Shown in pieces: positions 39,701 through 54,700 of a stretch of DNA of 64,000 nt. A program made the translations under genes and the position numbers. Source of the DNA: Lytechinus pictus (taxonomy: Eukaryota); the NCBI RefSeq assembly GCF_037042905.1, contig NC_087251.1, positions 27,156,001 through 27,220,000 of the forward strand. The letters run 5' to 3'. The number at the start of each line of letters is the position of its first letter. Position 1 is the first letter of the stretch. The notes under the pieces were generated by a model, which was given only the letters and a program-made list of their open reading frames with translations, ran no database searches and was not told where the DNA came from.

Positions 39701-42700
39701 TAAGTTGTTTCATTTCCTCTTTACTTCTGAGAATTTATATACAATACCTGTATTAAATTTTTCTCCTTTCATTTCAGGGGCTATTTTACAACTTGAATTA
39801 GATAATCAGAATTGTACGGGTCATGTAGACCAGTGGTTAGAGCATTGGACTCATAATCGCAAGGTTGTGAGTTCGAATCCCAACTCTACCATTGTCTCCA
39901 CTTTGACAAAAATACCAGAGAGTAATATCTGTCGTCTATAACGTCAGTCACTATGACTGATTAACCTAGACGCAACATGTTTCCTAGGTAATTGGTTATA
40001 TACCAGCTTGGCCTTTACCAGCAATTAAAGCTGTCCTGCCGAGTTTCTACAGGAGTTACCATAAACAGAAACAGAAACAATGTTGAAAAACTTATAACTA
40101 AAATGAATGGCATTCTGTATTCATAATTACAATTTTGAAATTTCAAGCAGACAGAAAAAGCGTGGGGGCAAAAAATAATTTGCCCCCTGCCATGTCCAAA
40201 ATAGCCATTGCAAGAGAGCCCAATAAAACCAATAAATTGGTATTGGATTCAATATAAAGAGTCTTTTTTTAGTAGGAACAGAAGTTGCAAACATAACCCC
40301 TTCTCAAGAGATTTTTCCCCCCACGATTTCTTCTCAAATCACCTCTTGTTCTTGAACATCTTCTTGAAAGTGGCCTCCTTCTCATCCTCAGGCTTCTTGT
40401 CTCCTTTGCCATCTCCTCCAGCTGCTCCTGCTTTCCCTTGATCCTTCCCATCCTTTCCTTCAAACTTCACCCCCTGTTTGTTGGCCTTGGCGCCCTTCTG
40501 GGCTGCCTGCTGCCTGGCCCTGGCCTGTCGAACCAGCTTTCGCTGCATGGCAATTTGCTTCTTCTTCTTGGCCTCCCGTTGTTTCCGTAGGGCTTCTTTG
40601 TCGGCCTGACTGGTTCCATCCTCTTTGCTGGCCTTACCGCCTTTCTTGTTGTTCTTCTTCTTCAAGGCAGCAGCAGCTGCAGCTTCCTCAGGGTCACTGC
40701 AAGAAGATCATTTGTTGTTTACAGACCGACTTAAAAACCGAAAATAACAGGGTTTTTTTTTAATTGGGAAACTATAATTATCCTACTGAATAAAAAAATA
40801 CCACTTTTTTCCAGTGTGAAAAAAAAATTAGTACAACTTTCACAGAGATTTTTTTGTAAGATCACAGGGTTTCTCGCAGTGTGAAAGAATGTTACATGAA
40901 ACCTGGGTCAAATATTTAGAGATGTGACACCTTTTTGCTCTATGGTTTGCTCTCCAGAGGTTTTTTCAGACCAACTCAAGTAAACTGGGCGCATGGGTTG
41001 CTAACTTGCTGAGCTAGCGATTTTGAATCACATGCCTCATCTACTGTTCACATCATAATGCGCATGCTGATAACTTCAAGAACTTAACCAAAAAAAGGTC
41101 TGATACAGATGGGTATCTACATGTACATGGATATGAATGTAAACTTTGATTCACAAAGAGGTTTTCATAAATTTATGGGTGCTTTGGTAATCTAAGTCTG
41201 AAAGAAGCCATCAAAATATGTGAGGCATATGTGTAACATGTTTAGAAAAATTTCACAGTCAGACTTATTTTATGCGAATAATTATAAATTTGATAGAGAT
41301 AATCTAAATGAGATTTTTAACTAGTGGTGCTTTTAAAAATAATGCTATTCTAGTGCTCTTTATTATTAAAAGTGATCATGTTAATAAGGTCATGTGAAAA
41401 AGTGAAAAATATTAATGGGATGATTAATAAGTAAACTAAAGTTGCATTAATATAAATTGTGATCAATGTCAAAGATAAAACAAAATAAATAATATTTGTT
41501 TTGTATTTCAAGAACATAACAAAATCCAGTGAAAATTGAAGAAGCTGAATCTGCTTTTTAAATCATATAAAGGTGACATTAATAGATAAAATAGGAAAGT
41601 TATATAATATTCTATACAATTGATACACATCAATGAGGGCAATGGTAATAATCATCAACACACGTTATCTTTTGAATAGTTCTAACATCAAATGTGATAG
41701 TCAAGGGTATTACAAACTGAGATGTGTGGCTAGATTACCTCTACCAAAAGTTGAGAATTATACTAATGCCTGAATTAAGCAATATATATTTGTTTTATAA
41801 GATCTCAAAACCAGGAATGGTCATAGATGCAAATCACCAGCCATAAATAAAGATAAGGCAAAATAATCAAATCACCGTATTTAATGCTCATATTATCATT
41901 ACTCTATTACTCTACATGTTGGAGCAATAAATGAAATGAAATGCTAATGTAAAACATATTGTCAGGAATATGTACATTTCACTTGCATGTGGACATTGTA
42001 CAAAATTAAGCATTTCATATTTCTTTGCAACAATAATTAATACTAAAGTGCAAATTAAAGACTATCTAAATTGCTAATATGAACAAGAAAAACAGAAATA
42101 TATCATTCAGGTGAAAAAAGTCATACCTGTATGTATAGCTATGTGATTGTTAAAAACTACAATAGCAAATAAAGGTTATGATAAAACAAAATTATAGGGG
42201 AAGAAAATATACAAATTAAATGAATTCATGTTAAAATATAGATTGTTAACAAGGAAAAAATGTTGCATTAATTAGAGTGAAGTTGGAATAACAAATGCAC
42301 TGTGAACAACAATGTGTGGATCATCATCTGATGTACTAGTGCAAAATGTGATTCACTCCAACAGGATCTGCTCTGGCAACCTGAAACTTAGCTCATGCTA
42401 TGATCAATTACAACTTTTCAATAAAAGACAATGCCATAGCTTTTATTTTTCTTTCTTTTAAAGAACCAAATCAGCTAAATTAACTTTTGTTAATAATTTT
42501 CATCTCTACAACTTTTGGATTTCTTTCTAAAAGCAAAGCTTGTCTTCACAGTTTTGAATATTTTTTTTTGTATAATATCATTAAGTGATGTTTGCATAAT
42601 ATTTGATATCATAGTTAGATTAACTGGAGTAGGAAAATGTCCTTCTCAGTTACTGAAGACATATTCCTATCTCTGCCCAAATTATAATCAAGGGAATATA

Positions 42701-45700
42701 TTTTTGTGTGTATTAACTCAACAAGACATAAATCTCTTGAATCAATTTTGGAGACGGTACAGCTTTACTTCAGTTAAAATAAGGTGGATAGAAAGCAAAG
42801 TTTTGTCTTAATTGCTTAATATTGGAAATGTTGTAATTAATCACAGCTTGTCAGTCAAATCTGTTAGATAACAGTGTTCCTCAGTACACTGTTTTATCAC
42901 CTGTCATTATCGCTGGATTCAATGCTTGTCTCACTACTCTCATCGCTAGGAAAACCATGAAGGAAAACAAAGTGATATTGCAAAGGGATACCATAAAGGA
43001 AAAAAGTGATATGGCAAAGGTACACCAGCTCTCAAACCAAAGTCCATTAGTAATGATGAATCAAACTCGAGCTTAACAATACAGAACAATTAAACACTGA
43101 AGTATAAAACAACACTATCCATTGGAGTGGAATGGACAGATTTATATGCTGAAAGAAGAGTCACCCTGCACTTGTCATGAAACATAAAAGTGGATTAATG
43201 ACCCATATACAGTAAGCGTATGACAAAAATATGCAATTTGATAAACAATTTTTAATGGGATTGAAAAAGTGTTTTCAGATATGCCAAAAATATAAACAGA
43301 AAGAGATAATTTCCAATCACTGTGAAATAGACAAAACCAGTGCCACCATATAAATGACCCCATAAAACATCCCGACATATCGATTAAGTTCAGACTCAAT
43401 ATAAAATCAATGAAAACTCAATGAAAATGTCCCTTTTGCTACATGAAAAAAAAAATCAATCACTGAATAAGAAAGAAGCAAATTTCAATAGAAGCAAACT
43501 AACTCACTTGGGAAAAGCATAAGGAAAATTTAACCAAACAACAAATATGTCACAAATACAATTACAAAACAATACATGTTTATCAATATATTAAGTTCAT
43601 TTTTTCTTTTTTCTTCTAAGTTTTCATCATGAATATATATTTCTTTCACACACATCGCATTTCCTATTAAAAAAAATAAATATGAAAGAACACATACTGG
43701 GAAAGGAAAAAAAATTACTTCAAAAGAAATTATGCCTCTACTAGCCAATAAAAGAAAAAAAATCACATGTTTTTTGTTTGCACAATTCAATAAAAACATC
43801 AATTTTTAAGAACTTCAGGTAAAAATACAACTTCAGGTAAAAATGCAGATAAAAAGTATTGATATTGAGCCATCAAAAAAAACTTTATCCAAAAAAGTCT
43901 CCATTGGGTGTTTTCATTGTACACATAAATCACAAACAAGTGACATGCTTCTTGCTTAATTCTGCCATAATCACAATTAACCACAGCAAACGTTTTACCT
44001 GGGCTTATATCGACGAGTAGCTGGGGCTACATGTACAGAAGGCCTTTGGAAGCATGCATTAAATATGAAATGGTCAAAATGTAACTTTCCTATCTACAAA
44101 ATTACATCAAATGATATTATTACTATTTAATATGTATTATTAAAAGATGTCTATCATGAATATATGTGATATTCATACACAACAAGGAATATTCCTACTG
44201 TATGATAGTAATATATAACTTATCAAGAGATAGTCATAGCACATCAGCTGGTGAAAATAATATATGATTTTATTTGTTGACTGGGAAAACATAAGAAAGA
44301 GATGAGCAAGAACTTGTTTATATAGTGAAGGGAAGGAATATTGTAATATTTAGTTTTGGTGAATGACAGGTAAGAAATAGAATTAATACAATTCAGATAA
44401 GGGAGAAAGTAACATATAAAGAGATTAGAGCACCATATATGGAATACCATTTGATAACAAGTGGAACGCCTCTGGCAGTCTCGCCTGCATTACGCAATTT
44501 AATATAGCAGCAGTGCTAACTTTGAAAACTACTATAAAATAATCATTCACAAAAACATCATTCATATAATGACATATTACCACGTTCATTGACCATAAAT
44601 GACATTTGAACAGAGACTTAAGACTGTCAACTACACCCATGTCCACATTTCATTCACTCTATCCATAAACTTTCAAAGTTATGATGGCACTTCAACAATT
44701 ACCCCAACATGGCCTAAGTTTATTGACCTTAACTGACCTTTGACTTGGTTTTGTGACCTGAAACTCACAGGGGATGTTCAGTGATGCTTGATTACTCTTA
44801 TATCCCAAGTTTTATGAACTAGATCCATAAACTTTCAGAGTTAGGATGGTAATTCAACAAATACCCCCAACACGGCCAAAGTTCATTGACCTTTAATGAC
44901 CTTTTACCATAGTCATGTGACCTGAAACTCGTACAGGATGTTCAGTGATACTTGATTACTCTTATGTCCAAGTTTTATGAACTAGATCCATAAACTTTCA
45001 GAGTTAGGATGGTAATTTAACAAATACCCCCAACACGGCCAAAGTTCATTGACCTTAAATGACCATTGACCATTGTCATGTGACCTGAAACTCGCACAGG
45101 ATATTCAGTGGTACTTGATTAACCTAATGTCCAAGTTTCATAAACTAGATCCATAAATTTTCAAAGTTATGATGGTAATTCAACAAATACCCCCAACTTG
45201 GCCAAAGTTCATTGACCCTAAATGACCTTTGACCTTGGACATGTGACCTGAAACTCAAGCAGGATGTTCACTAATACTTGATTAACCTTATGTCCAAGTT
45301 TCATGGACTAGATCCATATATTTTCAAAGTTATGATAGTAATTCAACAAATACCCCCAACTTGACCAAAGTTCATTGACCCTAAATGACCTTTGACCTTG
45401 GTCACGTGACCTGAAACTCGCACAGGATATTCAGTGGTACTTGATTAACCTAATGTCTAAGTTTCATGAACTAGGTCCATATACTTTCAAAGTTATGATA
45501 GTAATTCAACAAATACCCCCAACTTGGCCAAAGTTCATTGACCCTAAATGACCTTTGACCTTAGTCATGAGACCTCGAACTCAAGCAGGATGTTCACTAA
45601 TACTTGATTAACCTTATGTCCAAGTTTCATGGACTAGATCCATATATTTTCAAAGTTATGATAGTAATTCAACAAATACCCCCAACTTGACCAAAGTTCA

Positions 45701-48700
45701 TTGACCCTAAATGACCTTTGACCTTGGTCACGTGACCTGAAACTCGAGCAGGATGTCCACTAATACTTGATTAACCTTATGCCCAAGTTTCATGAACTAG
45801 GTCCATATACTTTCTAAGTTATGATGTCATTTCAAAAACTTAACCTTCGGTTAAGATTTTGAAAATAATTTTCCCAACATGGTCTAAGTTCATTGACCCT
45901 AAATGACCTTTGACCTTGGTCATGTGACCTGAAACTCAGGCAGGATGTTCAGTAATACTTGATTAACCTTATGTCCAAGTTTCATGATCTAGGTCCATAT
46001 ACTTTCTAAGTTATGATGTCATATCAAAAACTTAACCTTAGGTTAAGATTTGATGTTGACGCCGCCGCCGTCGGAAAAGCGGCGCCTATAGTCTCGCTCT
46101 GCTATGCAGGCGAGACAAAAACCTGATATTCATGCCCATTAGTAGGCAACATTACATACTGGATGATTATACGACTGAGTGAGAACAGGTATTTAGTCAT
46201 ACAAGGTCATACAACAAAAGAGACTAAAGTAGAATAATCAAGCAATTTTTTTCTTTGCTTTCTTTTTTATTGTGAATACATGCCTGTGATGCTTTGTAAG
46301 AAACAACATATGAGAGCAAGTAAGTGTTTCACAAAGATTTTAATCTGACAAAATATGGCATTAGATTCCCAGTTATGTGAGGCAACGTGCTGAGACACCA
46401 TCATATTGGTCACATCATGCTGAAGCGACATGCGCTACTGCATATTCACCAAATGAAATCATGCAGTAAATAACAAGTGCATGTTAGTCGCCTGAGCATG
46501 ATTTCAGTCATTCTTGTGAAACATTGTTCACTGTTGTGAAAACCCCCCCTGATACTTTTTTTTTGCTAGACTACACAAGTTTGATGCCTGTTCCTACTTA
46601 CAGTTTTCCCAGGAGCGATTCCTGTCTTGCTACAGCAGACCTCTCCGAGTAGGATGATCGATGAGAGCTCGCTGACAGGATACGATCCTCGGGTCTGGCT
46701 CTGCAGCTGTAAGAAAAAAACAAAATACCAATAGTCATATCTGGTCCTGCATCTTCAAAAGGATTCCCACTGACTATTCATCATTATATGCATATTTGGG
46801 CTGCATGATTCTGTTTGAGTAGTTGACTATCACCAGCAGCAATACTGTGAAACCTGTATGTGAAGACTACCCAAGGGAGATGAAAAGTGATTGTTATAAG
46901 CAGGTGAACTTTCTGGATAGGTTCCTAGATAAACAAGAAAGATAATTTTTAATTTTTCAATACCGCCATGGATTATTGAAAATATGTCTTTCCTATCAAC
47001 TCAAGTTAACATCTAGAACAGGTGCCACAGTTGAAAGGGGGGAATCGAGGTTGCATTATCATAAAACTTTTCCTGTGGTGACCCTAGTGAGTTAGATAAG
47101 GGTAATTGGTATAATGTCTTGGTTTTATGACATTACCTCAATGAAAGAGCCTTCAAAGTCAGGTTTCTTGCTTTAAACATATCAAAACCACTATTTTTTA
47201 CATTGAAGATATTTTGATATCATTGATATTAGATAGCCTACAATTTGAAACACAACTTATGTGAGTTGGTTTGAAGGCAAAAATAATGTCAGCACATGTA
47301 CAAAAAGTGTTTTTGCTCAAAAAGCGTGTTTAAGTGTTTGTTTCAAATGTATAGTATCAAAATATCTTGCAACCCTGTAACAATTTCAGATGCTTTTAAC
47401 AGCCATCACAATTGTGATATTCTGACTAGTTTTATTAGATTGGCTTGAGCTGTACTTACTCTAGAAACACTTTGAGGTCTTCCTTCAAGAAGTGAAGCCA
47501 TTCTCTCTGAAGCATGTGGACTGCGTGTTCTTTGGCCCGGTCAAAGGTCGCAGCTTCGACAAAGTCACTGGTCAAGAGGAGAGTGCTATGGATAAAGTCC
47601 CTTTCTCCTGGAGGCAGATCTTTATTTGATACAAGACGAAACGATGAGAGAAGTTGAAACAATTTGGTTAAGAAAAAAAGACCACTACGCAGTTCTAACT
47701 TGATCAATGGGGAAAAATGGCACTAAACTTGAAATAAGCTCTAAACATTTCAACTTTAAAATCTCTACGTGTTTAGATAAAGAAATATCAATAATGATAC
47801 AGTATTTCATCCTGAATTTTAAACAATTCAGTTTCATATGGGTAAATAAATCAGTGAAGCTTTGAATTATGTTTTATTAAACTTGTAATAAAAAACAAGG
47901 TGATGTTACAAGTTACTGAAAATATGCAGTCAGAATGAAGACTAAAATTTGTAATAGAATTCTCACAATTGATGTTGGTAAGGAGAGATCACATATCAGA
48001 TCTTAGTAGAAATGGACAATCAAGTCTTACCGATGTTCCATATTCCATCATCCATGATGTATTTATTGAAGATTGACCATGCTTGACCCATGAGAAGCAA
48101 GCGGTCAGCTGATCTGTCCTCAGCTACGACGTAGTCAGATACATCTTGCCAGAAGAGAAGATTTGCTAGAAGAAGCCGGTCAGAATGACTGGAGGAGAAA
48201 AACAGAACATACCATAGTTAGCAAAAAATACATTTTTCTTCCAAACAAAATGCATTTATTCACTTTTCAACTAAGCACATAAATCAACTATTTTTTCTTG
48301 TTTTATGTCACAGAGTTCTAATTTTCTTCTGATTAACTGAAACTAATACCATTATCACGATTGTCATTTAATCATTATAATTATCATTTCCACCATTATT
48401 ATTATCATCATCATGGCCATTATTGCATTCATCATTATCATTATCATTTTTTTAAATCATTATTATCATTACCATCACTGTACTCCTGAATATAATACTC
48501 ACTTTTCAAGATATCTCTGGAATGGTCTTCCTGCATCTCTATCACAGGCCAGCCCCACGTGAAACCTTGCCGACATTGGTCTTGGGATATAATTGGTGTC
48601 GTCCAACGTCATGAGATGTCCCGGCCGGATGTACTCCTCCATACGGCGCCCTCCATGGGCAACGATTGACCAGTCCTTCTGGGTGGTAGCCAATCGGAAG

Positions 48701-51700
48701 CAGGATGAAGGCCTGACGGGTAAGGAGTTGACCAGGGATATTGACGGGAGGAAGGTATCCATGGGTTTCTTAGCATCTTCCATCATCCGTTGGTGGCGCT
48801 CTCTCAGTCGGTCATAGCTAAAAGCAATCATGAAAGAAACATGGATTATTTGATGCATCAAGATACTCTATCTCATGAAATACCCTCTCTCTCTCTCTCT
48901 ATCTCTCATTTCGCTAATTCTATTTCTCCTATCTCAATTTCAGATGACTCTGAATGGTTAGTTACTTTAAAAACACTTTTTATAGCTGAAAAAAAGATAC
49001 TAAAAAGGAATTTGGGTTCTTTTTAATCAAATCAAATCAAATATTTTTACTAAGTAACATCATTCATTGACGATATTATCTTATATAAACTTAGATCTTC
49101 ATCTGTCATGTTTGTATTATTGTTTGAAGCTCACGGTAAGACTAAAAACCTTCTTGAGTCCCATACCTACATTCTCCTGTCCTTTCCTGATGTATGAGAA
49201 ACCTAGCTACCTAATGGGACCTCAGCCTTCTGAGTACATCATACTCTGTCCTGGTAAAGACAGATTCACTCAGACCAATGTTCCCTTGTGCTTGCTAAAT
49301 CTGATTTTGACTACTCTCTTCCTTTTAAAGTCTATTACATGCTCAAAAATTCTTCAGTCCCATACCTATATTCTCCTGTCCTTTCCTGGTGTATGAGAAA
49401 CCTGGCTACCCAATAAGACCTTAGCCTTCTGAGTACATCATACTGCGTCCTTGTAAAGACTGATTCACTCAGACCAATGTTCCCCTGGGCTTGCTTGATT
49501 TGTTTCTGGGCATCTGGAGTCAGCTTGAATCGGTACTTGTCTTGGATGTCTCTGTAAACGACAAGAAAAAAATTACTTATCACATCATCGAAGTAGCGTT
49601 TTTGAGGCAAAATTTCTGTTGCAACGGTCTTCATAAAATCCAAAAACATTGGATTCCGATTGTGTAGGCTACTTATCGAAATACCATCATCGAATAAACA
49701 GCAGATGCTTTTGCAAAAAATGTATATGAATATAGTATTTTGCTCTGCCTGCAAGAGCAAGTGCATAATGTGCATTTTCCAAGGTTACTCTTAATAATTG
49801 CACATTATGTGTGTCCTGTCATTGTGATGTCACCAAAAGAAATACTATGTGTAGCATCATAATTTATTCTAGCACATACTAGGCTAACAAGGTATAATTG
49901 CTAATCTGAATATGATACAGGAGATTCATACAATTTAATCAGTTGATCGCCAGTAAAAAACATCTTGTGTATTTTCTAGATAATAATATTGGATGACCAT
50001 ATCTTTCACTTGACATGTCTGATAATCAATATTGCTGGTAAACTTTTATTTATGTTGTGCTCTTTTTAAAAAATAAATAACATTTTCAAATTACAGGATC
50101 TCATTGGAAGTAGATATCCCATAGAATGACAAAAGTGTTTGACTTCTTACCTGAAAAGCCTTGTCCTTTTGATATCAGCACCTCCCTCCATGCTCTGTAC
50201 ATTATCACGGTACATCTCACAATCCAACCAGAAATTAATCATGTCCTCTCCCAGAGTCCCAGCCAAAAAAGCTTTGAACAGCTCCATACCTACCAACTGT
50301 ACCACAGCAAAGAGAAAGTACAGATATTTTAGTTAAGATTACAGACCCCTTTTAGCTGAATAAGAAGGATAATTTTGCTCAATAAAGGGGGGAAGAAATA
50401 GCAGTTGCCAGAAGAGTGTGTAGTAAATTCACCATGAAAAATATGAAACCAAGGGTTTGTAATGGTCAAAATTCAGATTTTTGAAAATATGTCAGATTAT
50501 TATAACATTATCGACTCAGAGGCATAGCCAAGTAGCTTATTCAGGGGGTGTAGGCTGCTGTATGGTGTGTGTACCACAAAGAAAATGCAACAGCAATATA
50601 ATGTATGACTAGATATACTGGTAAATTAATTCCGAGAGATGAATTGCTAAGTGGTGGAAACAACTAAAATGGGGAGAGCAACTTACACTGCCAAGGATTT
50701 CCTCCTTCAGTTGATGAAAAGTGACCCGATGCTTGACCTCTACTTGTCTCATTTCAGACTCTGTTCTTTCATCTACAGCAGTGAGATCCTCATTATAGTC
50801 AATCATGCTATGCTCTGGTTCTGCTTCACCATCTCCCTCAACCTGTTATTAAATAAATTCAGATAATTGAATATATTCATTGAATATATTCAAATAATTG
50901 AATATATTCATTGAATACATTCAAATAATTGAATATATTCATTGAATACATTCAAATAATTGAATATATTCATTGAATACATTCAAATAATTGAATTCAT
51001 TCGTAGCAAATCAAAATCAAGGTTTCTTTGATAGTTACAATAATAACAAAGTAACCATAATAATAAGTCTTTACAAAATGGGCCCCATATCAAAAAGACA
51101 CTAAATAAGATCCCAAAGGGTAGGATTATCCATCAAGAATGATTGTTTGGATTCATTAACCCAATCAATGATTCCGTTTCAGAATAACATTTATTTGCCA
51201 TAGATCCCAGACTACGCTGTCTCAGGCATAGGGCTCAATGGATTAAACGAAACCAAACCTGGGGCCTGTGTCATAAAACTTGTTATAATAACGACATACT
51301 TGCAATAACACTCTAAAGCTACTGAAATCATTTGATTTCATTGATTTCATCATAGTAAACTCACTATAGAAATTGTGTATTTGATATTGTGACAAATCTT
51401 CATGAAACAGAACCCAGACTGGAAGTTTCTTTAATAGACTAAATAAACCTACTCTTAAATCCTGATCAATTAGTGTATCCTCCTTCAGACCACTCTCCAA
51501 GGCTTGCTCCTCATCGACGACAGCTTGGGGTAAAGCAATGCTGGCTCCATCTTCATCCTGCTCCTCCTCCTCCACCTCTTCTTCTTCCTCTAGTTTGTCC
51601 CTATCATTGTTCAAGCTCTCATCTTCGCTCTCGATTCCTTCTTCATCCTCCTCATCATCACTGCCATCATCCTCGTTTTCTTTGGAAGGTGTCTTTTGTT

Positions 51701-54700
51701 GCTCTGCTCCATCTGGTTCAGGTCTATGGTGAGAATGTAGAAAGTTAAATTTGTATTCCATTGAAGCTAACATTCCACAGAAATATTGATGGACGGCATT
51801 ATATTCTACATGCCAAGAATCTCTCTGCAAGATTAGTCTAAATGTTCTCTTTGTATATTCTTTACTAATATCCATAAGAGTAGAACAAATTGACATGCAT
51901 ACATTGCCTAGGTTCAGAAGGTGTAAAATCTGAAACCGCACATTTCGTTTATAATTTGGGATTATAATTTTCATAGCGAAATAAATATTTGTTTATTCAG
52001 TTGAACAGTTTTATATGTGGCCTTTAATACCTTTTCATTTCAGATGATGAGGCAAAACAATTTTCTCCATTATAGTTTACAAGTAAAAAAGAATACTTCA
52101 TATTCATCCCATCATTTTCACTAACAAAAATAATATGCTAACATGTGGATTAAAAAACTGTCTTTCTAACCCTTTCCTTCAACTACATTGATAATATCTG
52201 AATTTTACTTGAAGATGTGAGATAGACTAATCTTCTCTGGTTTACGACTGGCTCTCAAACTCAAATGGACTCTGGGTACCCTTGATCAAAACTAAGGCAT
52301 ATACTATGGATGGTACCTTCATATAAACAGTCTGATTTTAGTTTGATCTTACCTTTGGTTTGTAAGTTCTGTGAGTGATTTTCTCCCTGAATTGTCTCTA
52401 CTAGGACTTTGGATAGTAGCCCTCTTCTTGGGGGTGTTTTCTTTGCTGCTTTCAGTTTTCAAGGCACTTTTTCTTGCTGTGAAATAAAAAACAAAGAGTT
52501 GAGAAATAATTTAAAGATGGCGGTGTACACATGAAGACATATGCTACCACAAAAAAAGTAATCTACAGCGAGTGGAAGGTGGGATCAGAAGTACGGGAGG
52601 AGCAAGGACAGGGGAGGGGATGCGAGGCTGTTCAACTTTCTATGGTGTCTCTCCTATAACATCCTCACAAAAGAACCTTCAGCTCTTCCTAAGAAGATTG
52701 ATTTCATGTTTCCCTTCAACTCCCCCCCCCCCCCATTTTACTGCAAAAAACGATAAAAAACCGCAATAATAATAGCTCTCCTCAGAACATTATTTATAGA
52801 TAGATGGTGCTAGCATATATGCAAGTAATAAGATATATGCCTATTATTATTATCATCGTTATCATTATTACAATCTTATTCATACGTACATTTTTGTGTA
52901 TCTCTGCTCTTGATGGTCAATTGTGTTTCTTCCCTGCCGACATCAGGCAAGGTGACCTTTGACCCGGCATCTCCACCTGGTCCTATTTCTGTCTTCTGAC
53001 CCGGCCTGGAGTTCTCTCTTGATGATTTGGACTTCCCGGTCACTTTACGGCTTCCGCGTGAAGAGTTTTTGGGAGGGGACAGCTTGCGAGAGTGATACGC
53101 ATCTATAGGACTCCATAAGGCACCATTGACAGCTGCAAAATTGTTTTTCAAAGAATCAATTGACAACTTAATGACAGGGATAAAGAACAATGTTTGGAGA
53201 CAGCCTGTCAGATAAAGAAGATGACCTCTTTGATTATAATCTAAATTTCTCATCCATTGTTCTTAAGACATACTTGTACAGTGAATGAATAAACAGATTA
53301 ACAATGTCTGAAAACACATTTTAAAAGCATTAGCACCTGTCATAAACATTGAATATTGAATTTAGAAGCTCAACCATGTTGTGTATTACCTCTTATGCCA
53401 ATATTCTAACATGATGTAGTCAACTATCATTTGGACAAGATGAGTTTTTGTAGCCAATTTCAGCTACAAGGATGAGTTCCCCTCTGACTTGAGCATGACA
53501 ATAAAGTCATATTGAAGTTTGTGCATAGTGTAACCTGTGAAGGTGTACTTTGATGGTTCCATAAAACTCTTTGGCATTGTCTTACAAAATGAATATGAAA
53601 TTTGGATCATTCCATGTCAAATCACACAATGGGTTAAACCCAACTATTTTTATTTTGATCAAAATTGGTATAGGAGGGTGTGGACGTGAGGAGGGTGTGG
53701 ACGTGACGCGCGGAGACGTGAGACGTGGTCTGTAATGGCAGATTAAATTTTCCTTTTTTTTCCGGATCTATGTACTTTTTTGAGAATGCTCCATTACCAT
53801 CGGTGTTATTATGAGCAAGGAGAATTCCAACAGATCTAAAAGAGAACCATATCTTTTAAGAAAGAGGAAAAATAACAGACAAAGTTCTTGTGTCGCTCAA
53901 CAAAGTAATACACATCCCGATATACGGATCTCTGAAGGTGACACATCGGGCAACCAGACGGCTGAAGCCTTTTCAACAAACCCGACTGTTTCTTCGCATA
54001 CGGTTACTACACCTGTCTGCACAGAAGATACGCTCTACCAGTTTACCTCTGAGAAAACCAAGATGGCACCCCCCACATTGGATTCCACTCCGGTAAGTCA
54101 CTCAGACTTTACAAAAACAACTGAAAGGATAATTGAGAAGTTAGATACTTTAAACTCGAATGTATCAGCCATACGAAGGGAAGTTTCAGAAATTCGGGCA
54201 GATATGGCTGATTTGCAAGCCGCAGTCAAAGAAACAAGGGAAAGATTGACAGTTATCGAAAATGATATTTTGCCCAAGATGCAAAAGAAGAACGAAAGCG
54301 TTGAGAATGAATTAAAACAAATGATAATGGCTTTAGAGCTTCATGATCGGAAAATGAATCTACTAATATACGGAGTAGAGAAAAAGAAAGATGAACAAGT
54401 TGTTGAGGTTGTGAGAAAGATCATTCATGAGCTTGGGTTTTCGAAGGAAGAAGCGCTGAGTATGGTCATTTCAAATGCACATCGATTGCCAAGACGCATC
54501 ACACCCGGAAGTGATGAAAGTAGGCGTGGTCATGATCCGATCATTGTACGCTTTACTACCATGTTGGATAGAGATGCCGTTCTAGGTGCGTATCAACGAG
54601 CCCAACGTCCGGTAACCTCATCACAAGGTCAACGTGCTATCCGCCACGCATTCCGCGTCGTAACCGACCTGCCTGCACCGATGAAGAGAAGGCGATTCTT

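Noticed and set aside
39818-39892. tRNA-Met-like gene
   Set aside because: The acceptor stem does not pair and the sequence continues into a SINE-like body and tail; the heads at 5892 and 27833 behave the same way.
44585-46040. CRISPR-like array
   Set aside because: Whole units repeat with no unique spacers, there are no cas genes, and the context is eukaryotic.
51473-51748. Plus-strand Ser/Pro-rich ORFs
   Set aside because: Antisense shadows of the acidic exon; ORFs 59112-59384 and 61038-61316 are likewise shadows of ORF2.
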